Shown piece by piece: positions 44,124 through 45,604 of a stretch of 45,604 nucleotides of DNA. The notes beneath the pieces were generated by a model. That model was not told the origin of the DNA and searched no databases. It saw nothing but the letters and a program-made list of their open reading frames with translations. Where the stretch lies: contig DF237561.1 in the NCBI GenBank assembly GCA_000708835.1, positions 7,468-53,071 of the forward strand, given 5' to 3'. A program made the position numbers and the translations under genes. How positions within the stretch are numbered: the first letter of the stretch is position 1; the number at the start of each line of letters is the position of its first letter. This stretch comes from Klebsormidium nitens. Its lineage: Eukaryota; Plantae; Klebsormidiophyceae.

Positions 44124-45604
44124 ATGCCGAGTGCGCCTCCCTCTCTTGAGGACCTTGTAATCCTTGTGCGGAGTTTGGACGAGAACGTCGCAGAACGTAC
44201 TTTGCTGCCTGAAAGCAGTGCGCCAGCAATCAGTGTGCCGGTGGTCGTCGAGGTGAGTACGCTTTTGATGTTTGGAAGGAGAGTTTCTAGATTGCTTCTG
44301 TCACGGTATTGAATGGTTTTACAATGGTCTTGCTTCTTGTCGTGAGCTGGGTGGCTATCTGGCACTTCGCGTGAGTGTCTTTTGCTCTGAGGTGCTTAAA
44401 AATGACGGTCTTGCCCCACTTTGAAACTCCCCCAGCGCATAACAGCTTGATGCTGGTTTGAGGCCTTGGTTTTCTGAAGTGTTTCTTGCTGCAACATGCC
44501 GCAGAACGAGCATAGTTTGGAATTAAAGCAGGCGCCAAACTCCCAGGAAGCCAATCCAGGTAGTTGAAGAATCAACTGGGTCGTGCTGTAACTTGTCTTG
44601 AAAGTGGGGTCCCCTGCGACCATCGCAAGCCCCGCTGTGTCAGATCCCCAGAAGTACGCCTCAAAGGCGCTTTGGAGTCCTGATTGGCTGAGGCGGTGTT
44701 TGTTCAAAAAGGTGTTGAAAATGCGCGCTTGCTCTCACTGACCAGCCACTGAAGATTCTCGATGAAGCTCGCTGGGCAGTGTTTGTTCAGATTTAGCAAG
44801 CGGTGGTTCGGGTTCAAACGTTTGAGTAAGTGGTGGTTTTGTGCAAATTCAGCGCGAGCGGTGGCTCTGTTTCATTCAGCGGGCGGTGGTCTATTTCAGA
44901 TTCAGCGACGGGTGTCCCTGTTCAGATTTGGCAAACGGTGGTTTTGTGCTCTTTTGAAGCAAGTGGAGGTTGTTTCTACAGGGCCCAAAAGTCGCGGGGG
45001 CGGAGAAGGAGAGCGATGCTGACGAGGATGATGACGCGAAGCGGCTGCCTGTCTCGCCGGAATTGGCGGAGAGCCTGCTGGCTGTGATGCAGACGGTGAA
45101 AGAAGAAGTAAGGGCCACCCCGCTGCCTACATATATTCACGTGCGAATGAAACCTGCGGTGATCGTCTCCTGCCATCCAGGATTGTAGCCGACGGTTCTT
45201 GTGTCGCTTTCCCTGCACTCTCCTTCTGATGCGCTCCCCAAGAATTATACATGGTCGCTTGATGCGCATCTTGCAACCTTCCTCGTTGCTTTGTACTGCG
45301 TTCGCTGCTGGTGACTTGCTTCAATCCGTTTGGCTCATCTCGTTTGCCCGTCGGTTCTCAGTGCTGGTTCTCGTGATGGTTTAAATCAAAAGAGGCAGGC
45401 CAGATCCCAAAAACGACGTTTTCGAACCGCTCTTTTACTATTTGTGCAGGGAGGAGCGGATCCGGAAGATGCGGAAGAAGCAGAGGAGCTTGCGGGTCGG
45501 CTCAGCCACGTGTGCGAGGTGAGTGCTTATCCGAAAGAATGCCCTTTTAAGTATTGAAACGGGAGAGAGGAAAACGCAAAACGGCAGCTCGCAGACACTA
45601 GACC
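44124..45604 (+). CDS. Unidentified protein, 5' part only (runs off the window)
   Basis: Candidate exons 44124-44252 (ATG...GAG|GTGAGT), a possible exon at about 44600-44696, 44982-45107 (CAG|...|GTAAGG) and 45450-45518 (CAG|...|GTGAGT). The codon usage of the last two looks coding. No family recognised and the frame of the last exon is ambiguous. Confidence 0.4.
44778..44981 (+). repeat. Intronic minisatellite, about 25 bp x about 7, ending at a splice acceptor
   Basis: Units like TTCAGATT(C/T)AGCAAGCGGTGGTTTTG. The last unit runs into TTTCTACAG at 44981. Confidence 0.7.

Overview
Eukaryotic draft-scaffold window (one N gap, 1199-1335) with intron-rich, GC-rich-exon genes of green-plant type. 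A streptophyte alga such as Klebsormidium is my inference from gene content and intron style and is not verified. I could assemble exon chains by hand from GT/GC-AG sites and reading frame for five genes: (1) a DHX36/plant DExH1-type DEAH RNA helicase, 16 exons, minus strand, 2866-16568; (2) head-to-head with it, the splicing regulator NSRP1/CCDC55, 17418-21155; (3) a UapA-type nucleobase-ascorbate transporter, about 20 exons, 23127 to about 32092; (4) a multi-PHD-finger protein, minus strand, 34519-38725; (5) a protein with two MED15-like helical modules plus a C-terminal RING finger, 39929-42761. A sixth, unidentified gene starts at about 44124 and runs off the window. Two systematic patterns stand out. 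(a) Splice-junction echoes: many introns carry one to three degenerate copies of the neighbouring 3' splice site plus the first 20-70 nt of the exon (or of an exon 3' end plus donor), and almost every copy with an intact splice site would lead to a premature stop. (b) A family of 140-300 bp fold-back elements with a conserved G-rich, TTAGGG-containing core but different inverted-repeat arms, one caught inserted in another repeat whose empty site is also in the window. No rRNA, tRNA, CRISPR array or transposase ORF was recognised.
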